From contig DAORKG010000020.1 in NCBI GenBank assembly GCA_035439445.1, forward strand, positions 375 to 64,374: a stretch of DNA of 64,000 nt. The letters are read 5' to 3'. The DNA comes from Bacteroidia bacterium. Its GTDB lineage: Bacteria; Bacteroidota; Bacteroidia; B-17B0; Aurantibacillaceae. Shown here piece after piece: positions 45,032 through 54,371 of the stretch (position 1 is the stretch's first letter; each line of letters opens with the position of its first letter). A program made the translations under genes and the position numbers. The notes under the pieces are model-generated. The model was given only the letters and a program-made list of their open reading frames with translations. It ran no database searches and had not been told where the DNA came from.

Positions 45032-48000
45032 ATGAAAATTTTTTTTACATTTCTTTGTCTGCTGTTTACCTTTATTGCTAACTCACAAAACTTTGTTTGG
45101 GCAAAAACATTTGGAAACGCAAACGATGAAAGCGCAAAGGCAAACGCAACGGATGCAAGTGGAAATATTATAACTGTAGGGACATTTGTGGGAACAGTAG
45201 ACTTTGATCCAAATGCAGGAATCTCAAATTTAGTATCAACTAGCGGAAGTATAGATATTTATTTGTCCAAACTTAATTCTAGTGGTAATTTAGTGTGGGC
45301 AAAAAAAATAGGAAATGCAAATTCTGAATCGGTGAATGATATAGTAGTTGATGCCAGCGGTAACTTTTTTATTACAGGCGAATACACTGGTACCGTAGAT
45401 TTTGATCCAAATGCAGGCATCGTTAATCTCACATCCTCGTCTTCTAGTAGAGATGTTTTTATAGCAAAATACGATGCTAATGGAAATATTTTGTGGGCAA
45501 AATCAATGGGCGGTGCAAATGTGGATATAGGACAAGAATTAGCTTTAGACGCCTCTAACAATTTATATGTTGCAGGAACTTACTCTGGAACTGTAGATTT
45601 TGATCCATCAGCATCTACACGCACGCTTACAGTATTTGGAGGTAGCGGAGATTTATTTGTCGGAAAATATGATAGTAATGGAAATTATCTTTGGGCGTGG
45701 GGCTTAGGAGGAAATGGTTCGGAAACGGCAACCGGAATTAAATATAATTCAACAAATAGCTTTGTCTATTTAACAGGAACCTTTACAGGAACTAACACTA
45801 GCATTACTCCAAATTACGCAGGAGGAACATTTAATAGCGCTGGTGGCAGCGATTGTTTTATCACAAGACTTGATGCTTCAACAGGAACAGGTTCTTTAAC
45901 TAGAGGTGTGTTTGGAGGTACAGGTTTCGAAAACACAAATGACTTAGAGATCGATAGTAATGGTAATATTTTTATTATTGGAGATTTTGGCAGCACTATA
46001 GATGTCAACATTTTTGCTGGCGTAAATAATCTTGCTCCTACAGGATTTACAGATGGTTTTATTTTAAAATATAATACTGCTCTTACTTTAATTTATGCCA
46101 AACAATTTGATCACCCTAACAATACAGGATCTGTATATTCAAATTCATTAAAATTAGATGGTATAAATAACATTTACATTGGTGGATATTTAAATGATGT
46201 AACTGACTTTGATCCAGATGCTGTTACAACTTATACTTATACAACACCTGATTGGTATGACTATGACTGTTTTGTTGCAAAATTAGATCCAAATGGAAAT
46301 TTTGTATGGGCAAAAAAATGGGGCGGTACCGATTTTTCTGCTATGAGTGAAGAAGTCACTTCTATCACACTTGATCCATCTGGCAACATTTACACTTGCG
46401 GAACATTTGGAGGAAGTACAGGTGCTGCCTGTGATTTTAATCCTGATGCAGGAACAAATAATGTCATTGCAGTTACAGGTGGAGTGGATGCTTTTATTCA
46501 TAAACTAGGTTGCACTTTGCCCTCAACTGTTACAACTACTTCAAATGTAACTCCAATATGCATAGGAACTAGTACTACAAAAACAATTTCTATATCATCA
46601 ACCATAGAAAGTGGTGTAACATACAGCTGGGGTTTTCTTGGTTCAGCTGGCGTCTCTTTCTCTCCAAATACAGGTACAAATACATCCATTTCATATACAG
46701 CAACTTCGAGTTTCAGTATAGTAGTTACAGCAACTAATGCATGCGGAACTACTACTACAATGGTCCAATCAATCACACCATATGCCTTACCTTCACTAAC
46801 AATTACAACAGATTACCCAAGTGTTTGTGCTGGTCAACCAAACGGCTTTCACGCAACAGGTGCACAAACATATACTTGGAACCCTGGCTACATTATAAAT
46901 AATATGCCTTCGGTAAACTACGGTAGCGGCATATTTACAGTTACTGCAACAGATGCCAATGGCTGCGTCAATTCAAAAACAATCAATTATACTGAGTATC
47001 CCTTACCTAATGTAACAGCAATTGCAAACCCAACAATTATATGTGCCAACAAAACAGGAACATTAACTGCAGGAGGCGCCTCAAGCTATACTTGGACAAG
47101 CGGACCAACAACACAAAACTACGTTGTTAATTCAGCAGGAATTTACACGGTTACAGGACAAGACATTAATGGTTGCGTTAACACAAAAACGGTTTCACTA
47201 TCAGTAAACCCAATACCAAATGTTGTTGCAGGTTATAATTTCCCTGTTACATTCTGTAATGGATATACTGTTACTTTAATTTCAAGTGGAGCCTCAACTT
47301 ATTCATGGACGGGTGGACCATCTACTTCAAACTACAATGTTTCAACAAGTGGAATATATACAGTAACAGGAACTGATGGTAATGGATGTTCAAATACTGC
47401 GACAATTCATCCAATTTTTAATCCTAATCCAACAGTAACAATTAGTGCTCCTAAAACAGATTTTTGCCATTTTCAAGGCGGTTCAATTACAGCCTCTGGG
47501 GCTGATAATTATGCTTGGACTCCATCGCTTGTAAATGGATTTAATAATTTCTATAATTGGGGTTCAACACCAATAGTTACTACATATACAGTTAGAGGAA
47601 CTTATTTTACTGGTTGTGCAGACTCCACAACTGTTACAATTACTGTTCATCCCAATCCAACCATCACGGTTACTGGAAATTCAATAACATGTTCAGGAGC
47701 AACAAATATATTGACGGGACATGGCGGTACAACCTATACTTGGTCTCCAGGAGCAGTAGTAAGCCCAACATATGCAGCAAATGCTACAATCTTATCTACA
47801 TATTCTGTTAGTGCTTACGATGCGTTTGGTTGTTTTGGAGATACAACTTTTACTTATAATACGGTTTTACCTCAAACACCTGAAATTTGTGAAGTTACGG
47901 TAGATTCACTATCACAATTTAATCATATCATTTGGGATAAAACAGCATATACCAATGTTGATAGTTTTATTGTATATAGAGAAGTTAGCACTAATATTTA

Positions 48001-48733
48001 CAGAAGAATCGGAGCGCAAGATAAAAATGCATTAAGTTTATTTATAGACACTGCAAGAAGTGTAGGTCCGGCAAACGGAGATCCTAACATTACATCCTAT
48101 AGATATAAATTACAAATACGAGATACATGCGGAAATTATAGTGTAAAAAGCCCTTATCATAATACTGTTTATTTCATTACTAATACACCTGGCTTGTACT
48201 CATGGAATACATATAATATTGAATTTCAAGGAAGCACCCCTGTTTCTACATTTGATTTACTCAGAGACAATAATGGAACCGGAACATGGACCGTTGTTGG
48301 TACTGCAGCAGGAACGGCTTCCTCGTTAAATGACCCAAATTATTCAAGTTATCCAAATGCGATTTATCGTGTCTATGCAAATGGCTTTAACTGTAACCCA
48401 ACTGCAAAAACAATGCAACAGGTAAATAAATCTAAATCAAACGTTAGAAATAATTTAAATATTCCTTTAGGAATTAGCGCATTTAATTTAAATGCAGAAG
48501 TTTCAATTGCACCGAATCCGGCAAACTCAAATATTAGCGTTTATTTCAAGTCCGATATCTCAGAAAAAACAGTTATATCTTTAACAGATATAATAGGTAA
48601 AGAAATAACTAATCAAACTATGACTGAAGGAAATAAAATGAATATTTCTTTAAATGATATAAGTTCCGGAGTTTACTTTATCAAAATTCAACAAGGAAAA
48701 TATACTGCAATTAAAAAATTCATTAAAGAATAA
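45032..48733 (+). CDS. T9SS-secreted SBBP-repeat / Ig-like-repeat adhesin-like protein
   Basis: Signal peptide. Repeated GTVDFDPNAG...GN(L/I)(V/L)WAKK units (SBBP beta-propeller-like). Multiple ~75-aa Ig-like repeats (YTW.PG..). C-terminal module paralogous to the 42444 gene. CTD IAPNPANSNISVYF...SGVYFIKI. Confidence 0.8.
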   Translation: MKIFFTFLCLLFTFIANSQNFVWAKTFGNANDESAKANATDASGNIITVGTFVGTVDFDPNAGISNLVSTSGSIDIYLSKLNSSGNLVWAKKIGNANSESVNDIVVDASGNFFITGEYTGTVDFDPNAGIVNLTSSSSSRDVFIAKYDANGNILWAKSMGGANVDIGQELALDASNNLYVAGTYSGTVDFDPSASTRTLTVFGGSGDLFVGKYDSNGNYLWAWGLGGNGSETATGIKYNSTNSFVYLTGTFTGTNTSITPNYAGGTFNSAGGSDCFITRLDASTGTGSLTRGVFGGTGFENTNDLEIDSNGNIFIIGDFGSTIDVNIFAGVNNLAPTGFTDGFILKYNTALTLIYAKQFDHPNNTGSVYSNSLKLDGINNIYIGGYLNDVTDFDPDAVTTYTYTTPDWYDYDCFVAKLDPNGNFVWAKKWGGTDFSAMSEEVTSITLDPSGNIYTCGTFGGSTGAACDFNPDAGTNNVIAVTGGVDAFIHKLGCTLPSTVTTTSNVTPICIGTSTTKTISISSTIESGVTYSWGFLGSAGVSFSPNTGTNTSISYTATSSFSIVVTATNACGTTTTMVQSITPYALPSLTITTDYPSVCAGQPNGFHATGAQTYTWNPGYIINNMPSVNYGSGIFTVTATDANGCVNSKTINYTEYPLPNVTAIANPTIICANKTGTLTAGGASSYTWTSGPTTQNYVVNSAGIYTVTGQDINGCVNTKTVSLSVNPIPNVVAGYNFPVTFCNGYTVTLISSGASTYSWTGGPSTSNYNVSTSGIYTVTGTDGNGCSNTATIHPIFNPNPTVTISAPKTDFCHFQGGSITASGADNYAWTPSLVNGFNNFYNWGSTPIVTTYTVRGTYFTGCADSTTVTITVHPNPTITVTGNSITCSGATNILTGHGGTTYTWSPGAVVSPTYAANATILSTYSVSAYDAFGCFGDTTFTYNTVLPQTPEICEVTVDSLSQFNHIIWDKTAYTNVDSFIVYREVSTNIYRRIGAQDKNALSLFIDTARSVGPANGDPNITSYRYKLQIRDTCGNYSVKSPYHNTVYFITNTPGLYSWNTYNIEFQGSTPVSTFDLLRDNNGTGTWTVVGTAAGTASSLNDPNYSSYPNAIYRVYANGFNCNPTAKTMQQVNKSKSNVRNNLNIPLGISAFNLNAEVSIAPNPANSNISVYFKSDISEKTVISLTDIIGKEITNQTMTEGNKMNISLNDISSGVYFIKIQQGKYTAIKKFIKE

Positions 48734-48770
48734 TTAGTGTCACTTTTCTACTGAGTTGAATTATAGAATT

Positions 48771-48905
48771 ATGAAAATAAAAAAATATATCGTTCCGATT
48801 TTAGCGTTTTTATTAACAACATCTTTTATCTGTTCCTGCAGAACTCATAAAGATTGCAGAGGAAGAAAAAAAACAGTTAAAACAGCAATGGGTGGGTGGT
48901 TGTAG
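48771..48905 (+). CDS. small (44 aa) lipoprotein-like ORF, below ORF-track cutoff
   Basis: Own translation: MKIKKYIVPILAFLLTTSFICSCRTHKDCRGRKKTVKTAMGGWL*. Signal/lipobox-like N-terminus and basic tail. Followed by a strong terminator. Confidence 0.4.
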   Translation: MKIKKYIVPILAFLLTTSFICSCRTHKDCRGRKKTVKTAMGGWL

Positions 48906-48925
48906 CATATTACACCAAAATAAAA

Positions 48926-48956
48926 AATCCCCAATTAATAATTGGGGATTTTTTTT
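48926..48956 (+). terminator. terminator
   Basis: AATCCCCAATT-AAT-AATTGGGGATT plus T8. Confidence 0.75.
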
Positions 48957-49038
48957 GTGTATATAATTTATCTAGGAATATTTCATGTATTATAATTATT
49001 ACTAATTTTGAGCATTCTAAAACCTTAAAACAACCACT

Positions 49039-50112
49039 ATGTCAAAAGTTCACAATTTTAGCGCAGGTCCCGGCATCTTACCTATAGATGTTCTAAAACA
49101 AGCTTCAGATGCATGTATCAATTTCGATAACATGAATCTGTCATTACTAGAAATTTCACATCGTAGTAAAAATTACGTGGCAGTTATGGACGAAGCTCGT
49201 GCTTTAATTAAAGAATTATTTGAAGTAGGTGATGAATACGAAGTATTATACTTGGGAGGTGGAGCTAGCACTCAGTTTGCAATGGTACCATACAACTTAT
49301 TAACTGATAGTGGTTACGCAGCCTACGTAAATACTGGAGTTTGGGCTAGTAAAGCAATTAAAGAAGCTAAGATTGTTGGTAACACAAAAGTTATTGCTTC
49401 TTCTGAAGACAAAAATTTCACATATATACCTAAAGGGTATGAAGTACCTAAAGATGCAGATTATTTACATATTACATCTAACAATACTATTTATGGTACT
49501 CAAATGAAAAGCTTTCCAAAAAGTGATATTCCTGTAGTTTGTGATATGAGTTCTGACTTGTTTAGCAGAAAAGTTAACGCGAAGGATTTTGCATTAATAT
49601 ACGCAGGTGCTCAAAAAAATATTGGTCCTGCAGGTAGCACTATGGTAATGGTAAAAAAAGACATTTTAGGAAAAACAGGCCGTAAAATGTTATCGATGTT
49701 AGATTACAACGTACATATTAAAGGTGAATCTATGTATAATACACCTCCTGTATTTCCTGTATATGTAACAATGTTAACCTTACGCTGGTTAAAGCAAAAC
49801 GGTGGTATCAGCTGGATTGAAAAAATAAATCAACAAAAAGCCGATTTATTATATGGAGAGATCGATAGAAACTCTTTATTCTATGGAACAACAGCTAAAG
49901 AAGACAGAAGTAATATGAATGTATGTTTCTTGATGAATAAACCTGAACAAGAAGCGGAATTTGATAAATTCTGGAAAGCGGCAGGAATTGATGGAATTCG
50001 TGGTCACAGAGATGTTGGCGGATACAGAGCCTCTATTTATAATGCTATGCCTATTGAAAGCGTTCAAGTGTTGGTGGATGTAATGAAGGAATTTGAAGCT
50101 AAATTTGCATAA
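49039..50112 (+). CDS. serC: phosphoserine aminotransferase
   Basis: HNFSAGPGILP..VL......EISHRSK.......GGGAS.QF..VP.NL. 357 aa. TAATTTTG -7 box ~35 nt upstream. Confidence 0.93.
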   Translation: MSKVHNFSAGPGILPIDVLKQASDACINFDNMNLSLLEISHRSKNYVAVMDEARALIKELFEVGDEYEVLYLGGGASTQFAMVPYNLLTDSGYAAYVNTGVWASKAIKEAKIVGNTKVIASSEDKNFTYIPKGYEVPKDADYLHITSNNTIYGTQMKSFPKSDIPVVCDMSSDLFSRKVNAKDFALIYAGAQKNIGPAGSTMVMVKKDILGKTGRKMLSMLDYNVHIKGESMYNTPPVFPVYVTMLTLRWLKQNGGISWIEKINQQKADLLYGEIDRNSLFYGTTAKEDRSNMNVCFLMNKPEQEAEFDKFWKAAGIDGIRGHRDVGGYRASIYNAMPIESVQVLVDVMKEFEAKFA

Positions 50113-50136
50113 ATATTAAATTATAAAATTTTCATA

Positions 50137-50165
50137 AAAGCCGCATTCACTTAAATGCGGCTTTT
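50137..50165 (+). terminator. serC terminator
   Basis: AAAGCCGCATT-6 nt-AATGCGGCTTT plus T. Confidence 0.7.
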
Positions 50166-50213
50166 ATATTTATTAGCCATTATATTATTTTAGTTATCTT
50201 AGCAATAATAAAT

Positions 50214-50903
50214 ATGATTACTCGTTACTTGTTTGTGAAACCTATTTTAATTTGCATACTTATATTGAGATGTTATTTTGGTGTAGCTCAAGATAAAGCA
50301 CCGGAGTTACCAAAATTATCTGTGCGAGCAAATGTAGGCATTCCAAAAATCGCATCCAGCAAACAATTTCGTAATTCATTTTCTGGAGTTATAACAGCCG
50401 ATGCTAATGTTAATTACAAATTATTTTCTAATTACTTTGTTGGAATTGGTTATTCTTATACTTATTACAAATGTCAAAAATATTTTAGAGATCCATTAAG
50501 AGATAATATCAATACCAATTTACAAACACATAATGGTTACGTAAAACTAGGATATGATAAATTCTTTAGCACAAATGGTTTTGCAACATTCTCAATCAAC
50601 ATGGGATATAGCTCAAGTGCTTATGCAAGTATCAGATATAAAAACGACTCACTAATTGGTAAATATCCTACAACTTACACCAACGCATTTATTGAACCAA
50701 TGATTGGTTTATATTTTATTGTTGACCCTAATTTTGCCATTGGAGGTCACCTGTCATACAATTATAATTTTGCACAATTTAATCCATTATACCCACAATT
50801 TAATGAATGGGGACCTCCTGGCTATGTTAGTTTATCTAATAAATGGGATATGAGCTTAATAACATTAGGCTTCGGTTTTTACTACGGTTTTGCTAAAAAA
50901 TAG
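50214..50903 (+). CDS. outer-membrane beta-barrel protein (porin-family-like)
   Basis: Signal peptide ending GVAQ. Alternating aromatic beta-strand pattern. C-terminal ...LGFGFYYGF. Confidence 0.6.
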   Translation: MITRYLFVKPILICILILRCYFGVAQDKAPELPKLSVRANVGIPKIASSKQFRNSFSGVITADANVNYKLFSNYFVGIGYSYTYYKCQKYFRDPLRDNINTNLQTHNGYVKLGYDKFFSTNGFATFSINMGYSSSAYASIRYKNDSLIGKYPTTYTNAFIEPMIGLYFIVDPNFAIGGHLSYNYNFAQFNPLYPQFNEWGPPGYVSLSNKWDMSLITLGFGFYYGFAKK

Positions 50904-50906
50904 CAA

Positions 50907-52148
50907 TTACTCAAATCTTAAACTTTCAATTGGATCTAAAAGAGAAGCGCGTTTTGCCGGAATATATCCGCTTATTAATCCTACAATTAAACACACTGTA
51001 AATCCTATTATGATCCATGTCCATGGCATAAAAAATGAAGAACTTAAATTAAATGAAATTAAGTTAGCAGCAATAATTCCCATTAAAATTCCGAAAAAAC
51101 CTCCACTAACACATATAACTACACTCTCAATCAGAAATTGATTTTTTATTGTTTGTGCTGTTGCTCCTAAGGCTTTTCTTAATCCTATTTCTTTTGTCCT
51201 CTCTGTTACTGAGACAAGCATAATGTTCATTAATCCAATTGATGCGCCTATTAAAGTTATAATACCAATAATAATTGCTCCCATAGAAGCCTTACTTGTT
51301 AAACCAATTAACATGCTTGCTAAACTATCTGCTCTCACAATTTCAAAATTATCATCTTCACCTAAAGGTACTCTGCGTATTTTTCTAAATAATCCATTGG
51401 CTTCTCCTAATGCCAACTCCAACCAATATGAATTTTTAGCTAATACACTAATCGTAAAACTCATATCGGGTTTACTAAAATATTGTCGAGCAGCAGTTAA
51501 AGGTATAATGCAAACTTTATCTCCACCAAACCCCATACTATTACCTTTACTAGCTAATACTCCAATTACTTTATACTTCCCACCATTAATTGTAACAAAT
51601 TTATCCAATGCTTTTTGTTTTCCTTTAAACAAAGCAAACTCAACATCCTTACCAATTATGACCATGTGAGAACCACTGATAATTTCCTGAGGAGAAAAAT
51701 TTCTTCCTTTCTCTAATTCATAACCGCTTGTTTCCAAATAATTTTCATCACCACCAAATACCTGAATATTAGGATTTGTTTTTTCTGATTCAAATTTTAA
51801 ACGTGCATTAAATGATGCCATCGTTGAGACAGCCGTTGTAACAGGAAATGTAAATTCTTCTTTAAATCGTATAGCTTCTTTATAAGTAATGGATTGGTAT
51901 TTCTTTGCTCTCTTTCCATGACGACCAACCCTCACATTCATATCCCTGTTTCGAATTGTAAATGAATTGGCCCCCATACTGGTAAAATTACTATTAATAG
52001 AACCTTTCATGGCATCAATAGCTGATGATATCCCAACCAATGCAGTGATACCAAAAAATATAATCAGCATAGTTAAAAAAGCTCTTAACTTGTTACCTTT
52101 AATTGAATCTGTTGCTACTTTAATATTTTCTTTGAGCAATAACGCCAT
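50907..52148 (-). CDS. ABC transporter permease (MacB/FtsX-like)
   Basis: N-terminal TM, periplasmic MacB_PCD-like domain, C-terminal FtsX TM bundle (ERTKEIGLRKALGA motif). Confidence 0.85.
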   Translation of the reverse strand: MALLLKENIKVATDSIKGNKLRAFLTMLIIFFGITALVGISSAIDAMKGSINSNFTSMGANSFTIRNRDMNVRVGRHGKRAKKYQSITYKEAIRFKEEFTFPVTTAVSTMASFNARLKFESEKTNPNIQVFGGDENYLETSGYELEKGRNFSPQEIISGSHMVIIGKDVEFALFKGKQKALDKFVTINGGKYKVIGVLASKGNSMGFGGDKVCIIPLTAARQYFSKPDMSFTISVLAKNSYWLELALGEANGLFRKIRRVPLGEDDNFEIVRADSLASMLIGLTSKASMGAIIIGIITLIGASIGLMNIMLVSVTERTKEIGLRKALGATAQTIKNQFLIESVVICVSGGFFGILMGIIAANLISFNLSSSFFMPWTWIIIGFTVCLIVGLISGYIPAKRASLLDPIESLRFE

Positions 52149-52296
52149 GCTGTAAAATTAACTATTAAGTCAACAATAAGTTTACCGCTTGTATAGAAAG
52201 ATTTACCTTTCATTATTCATTTTCCAAACCCAAAATAGCTAAATCGTAATTTGGTTTCTTTAACAAGGTTGTATCTATGCTTTTATCATCAATACT

Positions 52297-53592
52297 TCAA
52301 AATACATGAATATATTCTTTGGCTGTCATTCCATCGAAATCAATAATATTGTATTTATACTGAACAGTTTGAATTATACTTAATAAAACTAACAATGTAA
52401 ATCCTGCAAAGGTAATTTGACGACTCTTTTTTGGAAAACCCATAATGTAAGTTATAAATGATGCTAGAGGTAAAGACAATAATGGATAGATATCGATTAA
52501 AGAACGTTGGCTATATGAACCACCATACCACCAACACCACCAGCTAGAAACCATGTACAGATAAATCGGTAATAAAATAAAAATTGATGTTTTGAATTCT
52601 GAATTCAATTTCATTTTAAAAATGCCAAATAAAGCAAAAAACATGATAGGTGTATACACTAACCATCCTTTTCTGAAACTAAAAAGAATATCTACTAAAT
52701 GAAAATGATTGAAGTAAAAACGTTCTTTACCATATGAAAACACGAAGTAATTACCGGTTACATACTTGTAATAAAAGAATTGAAAAGATACTATAAAAAA
52801 AGAAATGATTAAAAATACTATAACAAACTTCAAGTTTTGTTTATAAAAAGAGAATCTATTTTTAATATCAGCTATAGTATTAACATTAAAAAATAAGAAA
52901 GGAATTATTAATAAAACATTTATAGGTCTAATTAATATTATCAAACCATAACATATGGCTAATATGATAGCATTTTTTAAATTCAGGTTCTGATATGCCT
53001 CAACTGAAAAATATAACATTATAGAAAACAGAGAAAATGTATAGGCATGAGACATTGCTGCTTCTACTGTTGAGTAATACAATAAATTTGTTCCAAAAAA
53101 CACTAAACAAATAGAAACAGCAGCTACCTTTTCATCATAAAATCTCAACAATAATTTACGCAAAAAATAAAAACCTAGTAAAAGGTAAAACAATCCTGAA
53201 AATTCAATAAAGAATTCATAAATATCAGAAAAACCATCAGATGCATAGCCTAAAGGAGTGGAGAGTATATGTGCTAAAAAAAAGAAAGGCGAATATAGAA
53301 TAGACATTCCCATAGAATATTTGATAATATGGTTGCCATGCACATCATCTACATAACCATATTTAATTCCTGAATAGCTGCCTTGATTTTCTGGATTAAT
53401 AAATCTCAGTGATACATCATTATCAATAAAAACAGCAGGCAAATAACTGTAATAACCAATAACATCCCACTTGATCACATCATTTGACTTATAACGAGAT
53501 AAATTTAAATGAACTTGTATTATGGTAAGACAAGCTAGTATTATGACTAGTACACTAGGAAATTTTAATACTAATGAAAAAAACTTTTTCAT
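52297..53592 (-). CDS. polytopic membrane protein, possibly ArnT/PMT-like (GT39/GT83-type) glycosyltransferase
   Basis: >=10 predicted hydrophobic helices and aromatic-rich loops. Family assignment is tentative. Confidence 0.4.
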   Translation of the reverse strand: MKKFFSLVLKFPSVLVIILACLTIIQVHLNLSRYKSNDVIKWDVIGYYSYLPAVFIDNDVSLRFINPENQGSYSGIKYGYVDDVHGNHIIKYSMGMSILYSPFFFLAHILSTPLGYASDGFSDIYEFFIEFSGLFYLLLGFYFLRKLLLRFYDEKVAAVSICLVFFGTNLLYYSTVEAAMSHAYTFSLFSIMLYFSVEAYQNLNLKNAIILAICYGLIILIRPINVLLIIPFLFFNVNTIADIKNRFSFYKQNLKFVIVFLIISFFIVSFQFFYYKYVTGNYFVFSYGKERFYFNHFHLVDILFSFRKGWLVYTPIMFFALFGIFKMKLNSEFKTSIFILLPIYLYMVSSWWCWWYGGSYSQRSLIDIYPLLSLPLASFITYIMGFPKKSRQITFAGFTLLVLLSIIQTVQYKYNIIDFDGMTAKEYIHVF

Positions 53593-53608
53593 AAAACAAA
53601 CCTTTAAA

Positions 53609-54286
53609 TTACACTAAAACACGTTCATAAAATCCACCTATTTGCTTTTCTTTGTTTACAAAATGAATTTCTAAAATCCATTCGCGTTTAGTCCCTAAAA
53701 CTCCCGGAGCAAACATATCTTTATGATTATCCGGATGAATATAATTATCCCTACTATCGCTTTCTATCTGTTCATGTGGAAAATTACCAATCAAATGTCC
53801 TGCAATGTCACCACCGAATTCCCATCCATATTTTCTAGCAAGTTCTACATTATATTGATAATACTCGGCACCAGTTATTGAGGTGTGTGTAAAAAACCAA
53901 TCACGTGATTCTTTCCAGGCTAATTCAATATCTAACTTTAATTTTTGTTTTAATGAATCGTTCCCTAGTACATAAGTTCTTCCAACGTCTGCTTCCCAAT
54001 CTTCGAAAACAGGACCAAAATCAAAAAATAAAATATCATCGTTTTGTATCATTAAATTAGGCGGATTTTCTCTATACGGATGCAAGGTGTTTTTTCCGGC
54101 ACGAACAATGCGTTTGTGCCAAAATTTTTTGATACCATATAACTCAAAAGCTAAAGCATATAATTCTTCATTTAATTGTTTTTCAGTTTTACCAGCAACA
54201 ATTAAACCTCTTGTTTCTGCGACATTAAATAGATTGAATGCTTTATCTTCTGCCTTTAATAATTCTTGAACGATTTGAGAATGCAT
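53609..54286 (-). CDS. M24-family metallopeptidase (Xaa-Pro/creatinase fold)
   Basis: DFGPVFEDWEADVGRTY, GHLIGNFPHE, LEIHF metal-ligand pattern. ATG at 54286 preferred over TTG at 54352. Confidence 0.7.
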   Translation of the reverse strand: MHSQIVQELLKAEDKAFNLFNVAETRGLIVAGKTEKQLNEELYALAFELYGIKKFWHKRIVRAGKNTLHPYRENPPNLMIQNDDILFFDFGPVFEDWEADVGRTYVLGNDSLKQKLKLDIELAWKESRDWFFTHTSITGAEYYQYNVELARKYGWEFGGDIAGHLIGNFPHEQIESDSRDNYIHPDNHKDMFAPGVLGTKREWILEIHFVNKEKQIGGFYERVLV

Positions 54287-54371
54287 CTTTAAAAAATTGC
54301 GAATAACTTTTTTTATAAGTTCTAAAATTAAACTATAATTTAAAGCATTCAAAAAAAAGAACTAACTAAAA

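Noticed and set aside
50890-51141. 83-aa + strand ORF overlapping the 3' part of the ABC permease gene.
   Set aside because: It is the shadow frame of the FtsX-domain TM region. The permease assignment is far stronger.
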